Shown here: one piece after another, positions 27,945-37,284 of the stretch
How positions within the stretch are numbered: the stretch's first letter is position 1
Layout: each line of letters starts with the position of its first letter
Sequence record: MK327140.1
DNA length: 46,907 nucleotides
Strand: one strand, 5' to 3'
Source of the DNA: Klebsiella phage YX3973
The notes under the pieces: generated by a model
Told to the model about the DNA's origin: nothing
The model's input: only the letters and a program-made list of their open reading frames with translations
Databases searched by the model: none
Translations under genes and position numbers: made by a program

Positions 27945-28130
27945 GTGATGTCGTATTTCTTCCTGATATTCGTAATCACAAGCAACACGTCCAATATGCA
28001 GGTGGTGCCAATGCAAAGCATGGAGCAGTGCCGGGCGGCTGTTACGGCGATGAAAATCGCGGAGGAAAAACGGACGTGGCACGATGTAAGTCCAGATATT
28101 GACAGTTTGCAATGCGTTGAGGTGAAGTGA
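27945..28130 (+). CDS. Small hydrophobic protein
   Basis: ORF track only. Confidence 0.25.
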   Translation: MMSYFFLIFVITSNTSNMQVVPMQSMEQCRAAVTAMKIAEEKRTWHDVSPDIDSLQCVEVK

Positions 28131-28327
28131 TGCACTTCAAGTCACTAAGCGCCATCAGAGATGAGATGGTTGGTGGTAAATATAAAAACCAAAGAGGCGA
28201 AATCGCAATCGTAGTTAACGTTGTTGGCGCTGGCGGTGGCTATCAGGTTCACTTTAATTACGGCATGCCATACAATGTTGTTTGCGGGCTTGGAAAGTTC
28301 AGAAAGCGATACCCGCATAAGGTTTAG
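28127..28327 (+). CDS. Hypothetical protein (66 aa)
   Basis: ORF track; ATGA overlap with the preceding ORF. Confidence 0.35.
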   Translation: MMHFKSLSAIRDEMVGGKYKNQRGEIAIVVNVVGAGGGYQVHFNYGMPYNVVCGLGKFRKRYPHKV

Positions 28328-28349
28328 CTACATACCATCCATGCTATAA

Positions 28350-28377
28350 TCCCATCACTACCGATGGGATTTTTTAT
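28350..28377 (+). terminator. Hairpin CCCATC...GATGGG followed by a T-tract
   Basis: cccatcactaccgatgggatttttta. Confidence 0.5.
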
Positions 28378-28386
28378 GGTGACGAA

Positions 28387-29781
28387 ATGTCAAAGTTAGA
28401 GGCGGTGAACGCCTATATTCAGCAGCGAGTGGCGAACAATAACAGGCTTATTGAGCGGCAGCGTCGCGAGTTTGGCGGGAAGAACCTTGACCAAAAGCAC
28501 GATAGGCTTTGGTCGGAGTGTGGGTATAGCCAGGAGATTACAGCAGCAGATTTCCGCTTCGCCTATGAGCGATATCCGTTAGCAACTGCGGCGGTTAACC
28601 TTGTGCTCAATAAGTCGTGGCAAGGCATGCCAACCGTTCTTGAGCGCGATGCTGATGATGAGGCAACATCTCCATGGGAAGTGTCGGTAAACAAAATCCT
28701 CAAGAAGTCAGCCCCGTTCATTAAGGATGCCGACAAGCGCAACCTGATCAACCGTTACTCAGGCCTGCTGCTTCAGATAAATGATGGCGGCCAATGGCAT
28801 GACCCTGTTAATGTCACCAAAACAGGCAGAATTAAAGATGCGGCAATCGTCAGGCTAATCCCATGCTGGGAGGAGCAATTACGTGTTTCACGGTGGCAAA
28901 ACGACGAATCAAAAGAAGATTACGGCCAACCTTTGATGTTCGAATACCAGGAAAGCGCCGTTGATGATTTTGATAACGATGGTAAGCCAAAGCGATCGGT
29001 TCAAATCCACCCTGACCGTATCATCACCCTAGCAGAGGGTAGTTTCGATGGAAGTATCTTCTCTGGCATTCCTCTAATTCGGGCCGGATTTAACGCTTTA
29101 ATAGACTGCGCCAAAATTACCGGAAGTTCAGCGGAAGGGCTTCTCAAAAACTCATCACGTCAATTATCTATATCCTTCAACAAAGATAATGTATCTGTGC
29201 AATCCCTTGCGCAGCAAATGGCCGTTACGGTAGATGAGCTGCCAGATATCCTTAATGAAGATATAGAAAGAATAAATGGCGGGATTGACGCGGCGATGTT
29301 TGGGTTTGGCAATGATGTGGATGTGCTGTCAGTAACCATGAACGACCCTGAGCCGTTCATGTACGTAGCGGCCAGTCAATTTGCTTCATCAGTCAACATC
29401 CCACTTAACTCATTACTCGGCAGTCGCAGCGGCGTGCTTGCGTCCGCAAATGATGAGCAGTCACTTGCCATGATGGCAATGCAACGTCGTGACGGGTGGC
29501 TTGATTATCTTATCTCTGCATTTGTTGAGCGTTTAATTAAATTTGGCATCATCGATAAATCGCCGGAGAATGGTTATTACTGCAAGTGGAATGACTTGCT
29601 GGAGCCTACGCAGAACGACAAGGCAGAATTGATTGTCAAGCTGGCGCAAGCTGCGCAGAGCGCTGCGAATGCAGGTTTGGACCCAATACTGACGGCAGAT
29701 GAAATTCGCTCATTCCTTGGTCTTGATCCAATAAAATTGCCAGGCGGCATGAGTGAGGATGACCCATCACAAGAGGAGTGA
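28387..29781 (+). CDS. Portal protein
   Basis: 464 aa, acidic C-terminus, located between TerL and the head morphogenesis genes. Confidence 0.7.
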   Translation: MSKLEAVNAYIQQRVANNNRLIERQRREFGGKNLDQKHDRLWSECGYSQEITAADFRFAYERYPLATAAVNLVLNKSWQGMPTVLERDADDEATSPWEVSVNKILKKSAPFIKDADKRNLINRYSGLLLQINDGGQWHDPVNVTKTGRIKDAAIVRLIPCWEEQLRVSRWQNDESKEDYGQPLMFEYQESAVDDFDNDGKPKRSVQIHPDRIITLAEGSFDGSIFSGIPLIRAGFNALIDCAKITGSSAEGLLKNSSRQLSISFNKDNVSVQSLAQQMAVTVDELPDILNEDIERINGGIDAAMFGFGNDVDVLSVTMNDPEPFMYVAASQFASSVNIPLNSLLGSRSGVLASANDEQSLAMMAMQRRDGWLDYLISAFVERLIKFGIIDKSPENGYYCKWNDLLEPTQNDKAELIVKLAQAAQSAANAGLDPILTADEIRSFLGLDPIKLPGGMSEDDPSQEE

Positions 29782-29875
29782 TGATATAATAAATGTGCAG
29801 CTAGGGGGCGCCCTAAAAGATGAACGTAGACATCCTGCTGCATCCTCAATCTACGAACCTACTACGAGGTTAATC

Positions 29876-30781
29876 ATGGCAAAAAGACTCACCACGGAAG
29901 ACTTCATTTCTCGCGCCAGGCAAAAACATGGCGATAAATACATTTATGATAAGTCTGTGTTTTCTGGAACGAAAAAACAAGTAACGATAACCTGCAAAAA
30001 ACATGGCGATTTTACTCAAAAAGCGGAATGCCATCTCGCTGGTTACGGCTGAGAACTTTGCGCCAGAGATGTTCGGGCAAGAAAGTTAATGACATCAAAT
30101 GATGAATTTATCTCTAAAGCTAAAATGGTTCATGGTGATAAATACTCATATGACAAGTGCATATACTCAGGAAATCACAGGAAGGTGTTGGTAACATGTC
30201 AAAAGCATGGTGACTTTTCACAACAACCGGCAAACCATCTATCAGGAAATGGCTGTCCATCATGCAAGCTTGAGCTCCTGTCTGAAAAGTTCAGCGATAA
30301 TAAAGCCTCATTCATAACAAAAGCAAGAGCAATTCACGGAAGAAGATACTCATACGAGAAAGTTAATTACATGAAAAGTTCAATAAAAGTGTGTATTACG
30401 TGTCATATCCATGGGGATTTCTATCAGACACCTAACTCGCACTTGTGGGGGTCCGGTTGTAATAAATGCACAACTTATGGGTTTAAACCTGCAAGTGTAT
30501 ATGTGGCTGAAATGGATGGGGCGTGCAAGATAGGTGTAAGCAACAACACTGAAAGAAGAATGAAAAGCATATCAAAATCAGCAGGGAAAACTGTCGCTGT
30601 GGTTGCTGAGTACTCATTTCCATCATGGGCTGACGCGAGAAAGGCTGAATCAATGATACACAAAGAAATAAAACATAAAAATGCAGGGTTAACCGGATTT
30701 GATGGGGCGAGAGAATTTTTCAATATATCAACCCATGAGGCGGCCGACTTGGTTTTAAAGCATGGAGGAAGAGTGAAATGA
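29876..30781 (+). pseudogene. T5orf172 (GIY-YIG-related) homing-endonuclease-like gene with four N-terminal zinc-ribbon repeats, interrupted by an in-frame TGA at 30050-30052 where a conserved Cys codon is expected
   Basis: The ORFs at 29753..30052 and 30089..30781 are in the same frame. The repeat HGDKY.YDK..Y.G....V...C.KHGDF.Q....HL.G.GC..C occurs 4 times, and the stop sits at the Cys position (HLAGYG* ELCARD where the repeat predicts G.GC..C). C-terminal domain has the T5orf172 signature (VYVAEMDGACKIGVSNN). Confidence 0.5.
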
Positions 30782-31725
30782 AAATTCTCAGACTTAACGC
30801 CCGCCTGCCACAGCCAAGGGTGTCGCAAAGCCTGACTGACCCGTTAGGATCAGCGCCACGGCTTAATAAGATGGATAAGGATATCACCACCAGGTACAAG
30901 CGCATTCGCACAGCTCTGCTTGACCTGTTCCGCAGCATTCCAGTAAGTGAAAGAAATGCTGAATCAAGTGGTAATTATTATTATGATTTCAGCGCCTCGC
31001 GTGCTGCGTCTTTTATGGATGAACTGCAACGCCTGCTTGATCAGTTTTTGCTTGAGGGTGATACATTCGATCATGGGCAGATGTGGGCGAATATTTATAT
31101 TGGCGACGCATGGGCTGCCGGAACTCAAAAAGCAAACTCAGAACTGTCAAGCCTGTCAAATCTATACGCTGAGCAGCGACCCATGGCATCCATCCTGTAT
31201 AGCGAGCCATATCTTGACCGTCTGCAACTGGCGTACACTCAGGGGTACTCTGACTGGTCTGGGCTAAGTGACTACACCAGGCAGCAGGTTGCATCGGTTG
31301 TAATGGAGGGCATTGCTCGTGGTGCTAACCCTCGTGATATTGAAAGCGATATCGTCAAACGCGCCGACGTATCGCAGAGTTACGCTCGCTCTATAGCGCA
31401 GACCGAGATAACTGGCGTGCTGCGTGAGTCAAATCGCAAGGAAGTGATTGAAGCGCGCGAGACGCTTGGCATTGAAACCATCATGCTCTGGCAGTCGGCG
31501 TTGATGAAGACCACCCGCGTTGCTCATGCCGCGCGTCATGGGAAGTATTACACCCCGGAAGAGATTGATGAGTTCTACAGCGAAGGCGCAAACCGCCGTA
31601 ACTGCCACTGTGCGCAAACCCCAGCACTGGTGATGGATGGCAAGCCTGTGATACTTGAAAAAACGCAGGAAAGACTCGATAAGCAGCGTGAAGCATGGCA
31701 GGACACACACAAGAAAGCCACCTGA
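30778..31725 (+). CDS. Head morphogenesis / minor head protein (Mu F / SPP1 gp7-like)
   Basis: 315 aa; position after the portal; ATGA overlap. Confidence 0.6.
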   Translation: MKILRLNARLPQPRVSQSLTDPLGSAPRLNKMDKDITTRYKRIRTALLDLFRSIPVSERNAESSGNYYYDFSASRAASFMDELQRLLDQFLLEGDTFDHGQMWANIYIGDAWAAGTQKANSELSSLSNLYAEQRPMASILYSEPYLDRLQLAYTQGYSDWSGLSDYTRQQVASVVMEGIARGANPRDIESDIVKRADVSQSYARSIAQTEITGVLRESNRKEVIEARETLGIETIMLWQSALMKTTRVAHAARHGKYYTPEEIDEFYSEGANRRNCHCAQTPALVMDGKPVILEKTQERLDKQREAWQDTHKKAT

Positions 31726-31738
31726 TGGCGGCCTTTTG

Positions 31739-31933
31739 TTAAATCTTAGTTTTCTTGTTGTTTGCCAATGGAAACTTCTTATCAACAAAGTCAGTCATCT
31801 TAATCCTGAGGCGTCTTACATAATAGCCCCAGTCATCGGCTTTATTCAGTATCACCTCGACAACCAAAACAATGAAAAATAGTGGCGCCATAACAATTCT
31901 TCCGGCAAGGCTTTTCTTGCTCATTCTGTACAT
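31739..31933 (-). CDS. Small membrane protein (one TM helix)
   Basis: Hydrophobic stretch APLFFIVLVVEVIL. Confidence 0.4.
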   Translation of the reverse strand: MYRMSKKSLAGRIVMAPLFFIVLVVEVILNKADDWGYYVRRLRIKMTDFVDKKFPLANNKKTKI

Positions 31934-31934
31934 A

Positions 31935-32729
31935 TCAATCCTCCAGCTTCATGCCAGGCACTTTTCCAGCAGCAACGAGGTCGTAAATTTCCTCGGCAGC
32001 AGACTGGCACCATCCTGTTAACATAATTGCTTTCACTGCCTCTTCGCGCTTCAGCTCTGCTTCTGAGCGGATTTGGCGGGTAGGGCGGAATGTGACGTCG
32101 CCAATGTTATAGGCATCCTCCATGCCGCTTTCTTTCAACTTAACTACAACAATTTGACCGCTTGCGAAGAGTATTTTGCATGACTGCCATTCATCGCCAG
32201 CCCATGAGCGTTCGCACACGAAACCAACTGGAGGCATCACGCCCTCGCCATTCCAAACCGTTGCAGAATCCTGGCCAATGCACTCATTCAGGTCGGCTTC
32301 GTCATCGGCCTTGGGCTGTACTGCTTCCTGCGGCTGGTGCAGGCGGTAGGCGATGATGTCAGAATCAGTTCCTTCATGATTCCAGCGCCAACAGTCTGCA
32401 ATATTGGTGGACATTCTCCCACCGTGCCCGAATATAACATCAACCATTTCACTGGCATCCACCGGGCATTCACCACCACCCCACTCAATCCAGCCTTCAT
32501 TTTTGGCGGCCAGCGCGGCTTCGTACTGTTCGCGGGTGACCGCATTTGTGTAACTGAATGGGTGTTTATGACTGTCCCATGCGTCGGATGCTACAGGTAA
32601 AGTAAATCCATGTGGCGACTGACCATCGAAGAACACGCGTCCGCATGATGTAGAGGATATTTTAATAACACCCTCCGGCCAGCCACCGCGCTTCGGCAGT
32701 TCTTCAGCCAAAATATCAATCAGATTCAT
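31935..32729 (-). CDS. Hypothetical Cys/Trp-rich protein (264 aa)
   Basis: ORF track. Confidence 0.45.
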   Translation of the reverse strand: MNLIDILAEELPKRGGWPEGVIKISSTSCGRVFFDGQSPHGFTLPVASDAWDSHKHPFSYTNAVTREQYEAALAAKNEGWIEWGGGECPVDASEMVDVIFGHGGRMSTNIADCWRWNHEGTDSDIIAYRLHQPQEAVQPKADDEADLNECIGQDSATVWNGEGVMPPVGFVCERSWAGDEWQSCKILFASGQIVVVKLKESGMEDAYNIGDVTFRPTRQIRSEAELKREEAVKAIMLTGWCQSAAEEIYDLVAAGKVPGMKLED

Positions 32730-32857
32730 TTCTTATCTCCGTTATAAATGCTTTTCAGTTCATCCATCACATTCAGCCATGCTGCATGCTCATCCATGCC
32801 GCGCATCACCAGCCTTACGTAGCGATTACGGGCCTTAAACATCAGTAGCGGGCACAT
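32730..32857 (-). CDS. Small 42-aa protein (MCPLLMFKARNRYVRL...)
   Basis: TAATG and ATGA overlaps with its neighbours. Confidence 0.3.
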
Positions 32858-33147
32858 TATTTGTCGCCCACCGTTGACAGGCAGACTTCACGGGCGACGG
32901 CGGCCACTTCTTTCGGTGTCTTGTCTGTCATTTTGTATGCCCCATCAACGATGGCCTTGCTGAGTTGGTTAAATTCAGCGCTATACTGGCCTCCAAAAGA
33001 AACAATCAGCGCGAGCTGCTTTGATACGCCAGCATCACGGGCTTCTGCTGCCGCTTCACCGAACTCACCAACTGCATTGCAAAACTCGCCAGCCGACGCA
33101 CCAAATGAAGCCATTGCGAATACTGCTGCTGCGATTAATTTTTTCAT
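32857..33147 (-). CDS. Secreted small protein (signal peptide MKKLIAAAVFAMASFGASA)
   Basis: Signal peptide; AGGAGA RBS. Confidence 0.5.
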   Translation of the reverse strand: MKKLIAAAVFAMASFGASAGEFCNAVGEFGEAAAEARDAGVSKQLALIVSFGGQYSAEFNQLSKAIVDGAYKMTDKTPKEVAAVAREVCLSTVGDK

Positions 33148-33169
33148 TTTTTACTCTCCTGTGTTTGTG

Positions 33170-33221
33170 TATCTACATCATCGCTTACGATTCAATCTAC
33201 GTCAAGACTATTGTGATAAAA
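33170..33221. promoter_or_regulatory. Divergent regulatory region: degenerate 12-mer TATCTACATCAT (33170-33181), canonical AATCTACGTCAA (33194-33205), + strand extended -10 TGaTAAAAT (33213-33221)
   Basis: Parallel architecture at 44495-44552. Confidence 0.4.
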
Positions 33222-33246
33222 TAATCTGCATCACCGGAGGTAACAA

Positions 33247-33681
33247 ATGAAACTATCGCAGCGTGGCATTGATTTAATTAAACAATTCGAGGGTTACAGC
33301 TCGAAGGCATATCCAGACCCAGCCACTGGCGGAGCGCCGTGGACTATCGGTTACGGCACAATCAAAGGCGTTAAGCCAGGCATGATTATCACCGCTGAAC
33401 AAGCGGAAAAGATGCTGCGTGACGACGTAGCGAAGTTTGAAAGCGGCGTCTCATCACTCATCACCGCCCCAACCACTCAGGGCCAGTTTGATGCAATGGT
33501 GTCGCTGGCCTACAACATTGGCCTTGGTAACTTTGGTAAATCAACTCTGCTGAAAAAGCATAATGCCCGCTGCTACACCTGCGCCGCCGACCAGTTCCGG
33601 GTATGGAATCGCGCTAATGGCAAGGTCATGAACGGACTCACAAAGCGCCGCGCAGCTGAACGTCAGGTCTACATGTCATGA
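33247..33681 (+). CDS. Endolysin, GH24 phage lysozyme
   Basis: EGYSSKAYPDP...TIGYG catalytic-region motifs. Confidence 0.8.
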   Translation: MKLSQRGIDLIKQFEGYSSKAYPDPATGGAPWTIGYGTIKGVKPGMIITAEQAEKMLRDDVAKFESGVSSLITAPTTQGQFDAMVSLAYNIGLGNFGKSTLLKKHNARCYTCAADQFRVWNRANGKVMNGLTKRRAAERQVYMS

Positions 33682-33923
33682 GGCGCCTAACTAACTGGCT
33701 TATCGGTATCTGGATGGCAATATGCTCTGCCCTCCAGGTATTCCCTGATGTGGCGATGCAGGTCTGGATGATGATGCCTGACGACCTCAAGAGCGCATTG
33801 CCACCATTTACGGTTAAGGCAATCAGCCACTCCGTGCTGGTCATCTCCATGCTTGCGAAGATGCACGGCATGAAGAAAGAGAATAAGGCGCTGAAAAATG
33901 ATTCTGCAAATCCTCAAGGCTAA
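33678..33923 (+). CDS. Putative holin (two predicted TM helices)
   Basis: Position between the endolysin and spanin genes; hydrophobic segments. Confidence 0.4.
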   Translation: MRRLTNWLIGIWMAICSALQVFPDVAMQVWMMMPDDLKSALPPFTVKAISHSVLVISMLAKMHGMKKENKALKNDSANPQG

Positions 33924-34392
33924 ATGGAAAGTTGTTGCCGCTATCATTGGCGTCGCACTTCTGGCTCTGATTGTCTACGGAAAGTGGGTCAATTACGGGA
34001 GGGAGAAATATCACTCTGGATATCTGGCCGCCGTAGAGGCGCAGAAGGTCAAAGACAAAGAGGCAAGCGAACAACATGAGCAAGACAAAAAGACCATCGA
34101 GCAGGAAGCGCAAAACCGCATTGATGCCGCGCGTGCTGATGCTTCCGCTGCTGCTGTTAAGTCTGGCAGGTTGCAGCAACAGCTCACCACAATCAGAAAG
34201 CAGCTCCTCGATTATTCCAGAACTGAGTCCATTGGCAATCCAGCCGCCAGTACCGGAGTTTTGCTCTCCCAACTGCTCAGCGAATCTGTCGAAAGAAATC
34301 GACAACTGGCAGAATATGCTGACTCAGCAAGAGAAGCAGGATTGACTTGTCAGGCGCAATACAATTCCCTGCGCAACAAAAAAGCCCCGTAA
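33898..34392 (+). CDS. i-spanin (Rz-like)
   Basis: N-terminal TM helix plus coiled coil. Confidence 0.6.
   Translation: MILQILKAKWKVVAAIIGVALLALIVYGKWVNYGREKYHSGYLAAVEAQKVKDKEASEQHEQDKKTIEQEAQNRIDAARADASAAAVKSGRLQQQLTTIRKQLLDYSRTESIGNPAASTGVLLSQLLSESVERNRQLAEYADSAREAGLTCQAQYNSLRNKKAP
34124..34345 (+). CDS. o-spanin (Rz1-like lipoprotein) embedded in the +1 frame of the i-spanin
   Basis: Lipobox LSLAGC; Pro/Ser-rich mature part. Confidence 0.6.
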   Translation: MPRVLMLPLLLLSLAGCSNSSPQSESSSSIIPELSPLAIQPPVPEFCSPNCSANLSKEIDNWQNMLTQQEKQD

Positions 34393-34403
34393 GGGGCTTT
34401 GTT
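34378..34403. terminator. Bidirectional rho-independent terminator
   Basis: aaaaagccccgtaaggggctttgtttg. Confidence 0.55.
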
Positions 34404-34415
34404 TGGCTTGGTAGA

Positions 34416-34631
34416 CTAAACAACGAAGCCGATATTTTCGCCGTCGAGTTTTGCGGCAATTTCAACCTCAATAATCATGGTGGCAATCTTTCCTCTCGAT
34501 TGCGTGCTGGTGTCAGTTTTCACCACGCCGCCAACAATTCTTCCATCCTGGTCTACCACTTGCAGGCGCCCGTCAATAATCTCCTGATGTAGCCAGATTT
34601 TCCCAGGGTCTTTCGCTGCTTGTACTGTCAT
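34416..34631 (-). CDS. Hypothetical protein (71 aa)
   Basis: ORF track. Confidence 0.4.
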   Translation of the reverse strand: MTVQAAKDPGKIWLHQEIIDGRLQVVDQDGRIVGGVVKTDTSTQSRGKIATMIIEVEIAAKLDGENIGFVV

Positions 34632-34852
34632 TTTAAATCCTCATAGAGTGGTTTCATTTCATAGCCAAACATGACCGCGTTCTGATGCTCAACACTACCA
34701 GCAAACGCCAGATAGCGGCGACCACGATTGCTTGTGATGATGTAGGCTGCTGGTTCGCTGAGCCTCGGAATGTGGTAATCACGCTGAGCAGGCTCCTGTA
34801 ACTCTACCATATCAATTTCAATGCGCGGCACGGGGTCTTGTATTGGCATCAC
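34628..34852 (-). CDS. Hypothetical protein (74 aa)
   Basis: ORF track; ATGA overlaps. Confidence 0.4.
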   Translation of the reverse strand: MMPIQDPVPRIEIDMVELQEPAQRDYHIPRLSEPAAYIITSNRGRRYLAFAGSVEHQNAVMFGYEMKPLYEDLK

Positions 34853-35322
34853 TTTACCTCCCCATTCAGTTCGTTAACAATTAACGTTGCATAGCCAGCA
34901 ATATCTTTCCAGCTGTCGTCATATGTCGGGTCGCCATTCAGGATGCGACCGATTTTATGCTGAATCATGTCGAGCGCTTCCTTCTGGCTCGCCGTCAGGT
35001 TGCTCCAGCCGTCAACGTCTCGCATGGTGTCTTTCAGTGACTGCATGATATCCGCGCCGTCTTTGAATTTACCATAGCGGTTGCCGCGCTCGGTGATGAG
35101 GGCTTCTGTTGAGATGGTGCGCCAATTCAAGTCATCATCAGTTACTGGCTCACGATGGGCGATAACAATATCGCCAGCCTTTTCGATATCCTTATCTCGC
35201 CCTGCATAATCCGCGCTGAGGTAGTGGATTTTTCCACTGGTTGCTGACTTCACAGCAAGAACGGCATCTTCATGACCACTAAAATAATCAGCACTTCCTT
35301 TCAGGTATTTGTATTTCATCAC
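34849..35322 (-). CDS. Hypothetical protein (157 aa), phage-restricted domain of unknown function
   Basis: ORF track. Confidence 0.45.
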   Translation of the reverse strand: MMKYKYLKGSADYFSGHEDAVLAVKSATSGKIHYLSADYAGRDKDIEKAGDIVIAHREPVTDDDLNWRTISTEALITERGNRYGKFKDGADIMQSLKDTMRDVDGWSNLTASQKEALDMIQHKIGRILNGDPTYDDSWKDIAGYATLIVNELNGEVK

Positions 35323-35519
35323 TCCACCCTCAGCGTAACTTTGTTTTTCTCATCCACGCTGAAGTGCTCACGCACAAACGCATACATTTCTTCAGCGCTC
35401 CATTCCCGCATTGCTACATAGCAGTGCGCGTAATATCTGACATCTCGCAGGCTTAACGGCTGTCGCTTAGCGATAATATCAGTCAGTACTTCCAGTGGTT
35501 CTTTGCGTTGTCTCGCCAT
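35319..35519 (-). CDS. Hypothetical protein (66 aa)
   Basis: ORF track; AGGAGAG RBS. Confidence 0.4.
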   Translation of the reverse strand: MARQRKEPLEVLTDIIAKRQPLSLRDVRYYAHCYVAMREWSAEEMYAFVREHFSVDEKNKVTLRVE

Positions 35520-35548
35520 TGCCGCTCTCCTGTGAAATCATCTTGACT

Positions 35549-35560
35549 AATCTACGTCAA
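35549..35560. promoter_or_regulatory. 12-mer AATCTACGTCAA embedded in the local palindrome ACTAAT...ATTAGT, between divergent gene starts at 35519 and 35614
   Basis: Read directly. Confidence 0.35.
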
Positions 35561-35613
35561 TTAGTCAATACTAGGTGTTGTAGATTATAACATCTTAATG
35601 CGAGTGATGTGGA

Positions 35614-35829
35614 ATGAAAAAGTGGCAGGAGGTGACAGAGGTTCATAAGCGCGATTGCCGGGAGACTCTGCAAATGCTTAATGTTCCAGAGTCAATCATT
35701 AAATCTATCGAGCAGCGCATTGACCTTGCTGCTATGGAGGCCGCCCATGAAGCCGAGGAAGCGCAAATGTTGTCATGGATGGACAGAACTCTACCGGGCG
35801 TTTTACATCGTGGTAAGACTACCGATTGA
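35614..35829 (+). CDS. Hypothetical protein (71 aa)
   Basis: ORF track. Confidence 0.35.
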   Translation: MKKWQEVTEVHKRDCRETLQMLNVPESIIKSIEQRIDLAAMEAAHEAEEAQMLSWMDRTLPGVLHRGKTTD

Positions 35830-35912
35830 AGATGATGACGGGTATCTGCACAACCATAGTCAGGTGCTCAAATATTATGGCGTTCACTACAAAGTGCTGA
35901 TGGAGAGAAAAA

Positions 35913-36104
35913 ATGAATACTGATCAGGTGTACGAAAAAGAATTGCTGAACAAGCTGGAAGAACTCGACCGCACTCGCGCATGGATTGAAAGCGAATTGC
36001 GCGAGGTTCGCAACCGCATGCAACGGCAGGTTAACCGCGAAATTATCGAATGGCGCGAGGGGCGCCCGCATTTCAGCAATATTGGTGAATGGGTGGCGAA
36101 ATGA
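35913..36104 (+). CDS. Hypothetical coiled-coil protein (63 aa)
   Basis: ORF track. Confidence 0.4.
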   Translation: MNTDQVYEKELLNKLEELDRTRAWIESELREVRNRMQRQVNREIIEWREGRPHFSNIGEWVAK

Positions 36105-36328
36105 GCAAGGCCAGCACCCTGCATCAGTTAATCATGGCTGATATCAGGGAAAACAACGCAAGGGCCAGATGGCAGCGAAACCAGCCTGACCGCCGAACAT
36201 TGAAGCAAAAGCTACATCCTAAGCGCAGAAGGCCAAACAGAAAGCGAGATTATCGCAGGGATAGAGTTTTGCGTAAACTTTGTGATATTCAGATGAAATT
36301 TTTTATTATTAATGGGCTGAAAAAATGA
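36101..36328 (+). CDS. Highly basic small protein (Arg/Lys-rich)
   Basis: ORF track; ATGA overlap. Confidence 0.35.
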   Translation: MSKASTLHQLIMADIRENNARARWQRNQPDRRTLKQKLHPKRRRPNRKRDYRRDRVLRKLCDIQMKFFIINGLKK

Positions 36329-36561
36329 AACCAATGATGGGCAGCAATGGGCTGCTTGAGTGCCATAAATGCGGGAGCCTTGATGTTTACGCCTGCGTAA
36401 AGGGTTCGGCGTGGATTATTGAGTGTAATGATTGCGGAAAGAAAGGTGGCGAATATCTCCGCCTTTGCACCGCGGTGAGGTCATGGAATACCAGGGGTGG
36501 CCAGCTATACACGGTCGAAGACTACAAGCATGATGCACTGGAGCGTAAACATGGACTTTAA
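36325..36561 (+). CDS. Lar-family restriction-alleviation protein (zinc ribbon)
   Basis: ECHKCGS ... ECNDCG ... AVRSWNTR, the Lar-family arrangement of paired CxxC motifs and a terminal WN.R. Confidence 0.55.
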   Translation: MKPMMGSNGLLECHKCGSLDVYACVKGSAWIIECNDCGKKGGEYLRLCTAVRSWNTRGGQLYTVEDYKHDALERKHGL

Positions 36562-37021
36562 AACGCAAATACTCACGGTGATAGAGCGCTGCGGCGGCGC
36601 AACCAATGCCATGATACGCAAGCAGACTGGCATGACAAACCGAGCCAGCGTTACTGGTTATCTGATTGAGCTTGAGGGCATGGGATTTATTATTAAAGAG
36701 GAAAGCGTAAGCCATGGCAGGCGCTGCTTTAAGTATTTCCTCAATCCCGATAATACCGCGCTTGACCTGGCAATTCAGACATATCTTGAGGCGAATCCCG
36801 GGCGCAAGAGCAAGCAGATAGCGGAGGCTGTCGGCGTCAACTACACCATCCTCAAGGCACGCATGCGCTATCTGGCAAGCATTGGTCAGGTTGATCGTGA
36901 AATGCTTCCCGGCGGCGCATGGAAATATTACTGGCAGGAGATCATCCCGTTTGGCATGAGCCGTGACAGGATGATGTTTGAAAAGTTGCTGGCCGGGGCG
37001 CGCCAGTCATGTGGGCGGTAA
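36551..37021 (+). CDS. DNA-binding protein with two winged-helix-like repeats
   Basis: Two wHTH-like segments (MIRKQTGMTNRASVTGYLIELEGMGFI and QIAEAVGVNYTILKARMRYLASIGQV). Confidence 0.4.
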   Translation: MDFKTQILTVIERCGGATNAMIRKQTGMTNRASVTGYLIELEGMGFIIKEESVSHGRRCFKYFLNPDNTALDLAIQTYLEANPGRKSKQIAEAVGVNYTILKARMRYLASIGQVDREMLPGGAWKYYWQEIIPFGMSRDRMMFEKLLAGARQSCGR

Positions 37022-37284
37022 AGCATAAATCAGGAACCGTGCTGTTTGTCACCAACTGTGAACGCACGGCCAATAATCGTAGAGAGATGGGGTGGATAGT
37101 GGAAGAGCTAACAGCAATAGAGAGATTGAAGAAAATAAATGAAGATAATAAGCGAGTTGTTACGGTAAGTGTTGGCGTTTTAAAGGCAGCGCTTAGCGAG
37201 ATAAAAGCGCACGTAGCCATGAATGGTGAGGGTCTCCTGACCCGCGCTGTTATTAGAGCTTTAGAGGAGAATATTAACAAATGA
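37009..37284 (+). CDS. Hypothetical protein (91 aa)
   Basis: ORF track. Confidence 0.35.
   Translation: MWAVKHKSGTVLFVTNCERTANNRREMGWIVEELTAIERLKKINEDNKRVVTVSVGVLKAALSEIKAHVAMNGEGLLTRAVIRALEENINK

Noticed and set aside
33170-33205. 12-mer copies at 33170/33194 as a simple two-copy sigma70 promoter like 26993-27021
   Set aside because: Copy spacing gives a 24-nt gap between TTGACG and TAGATA, too long for sigma70; kept only as an operator-like site.
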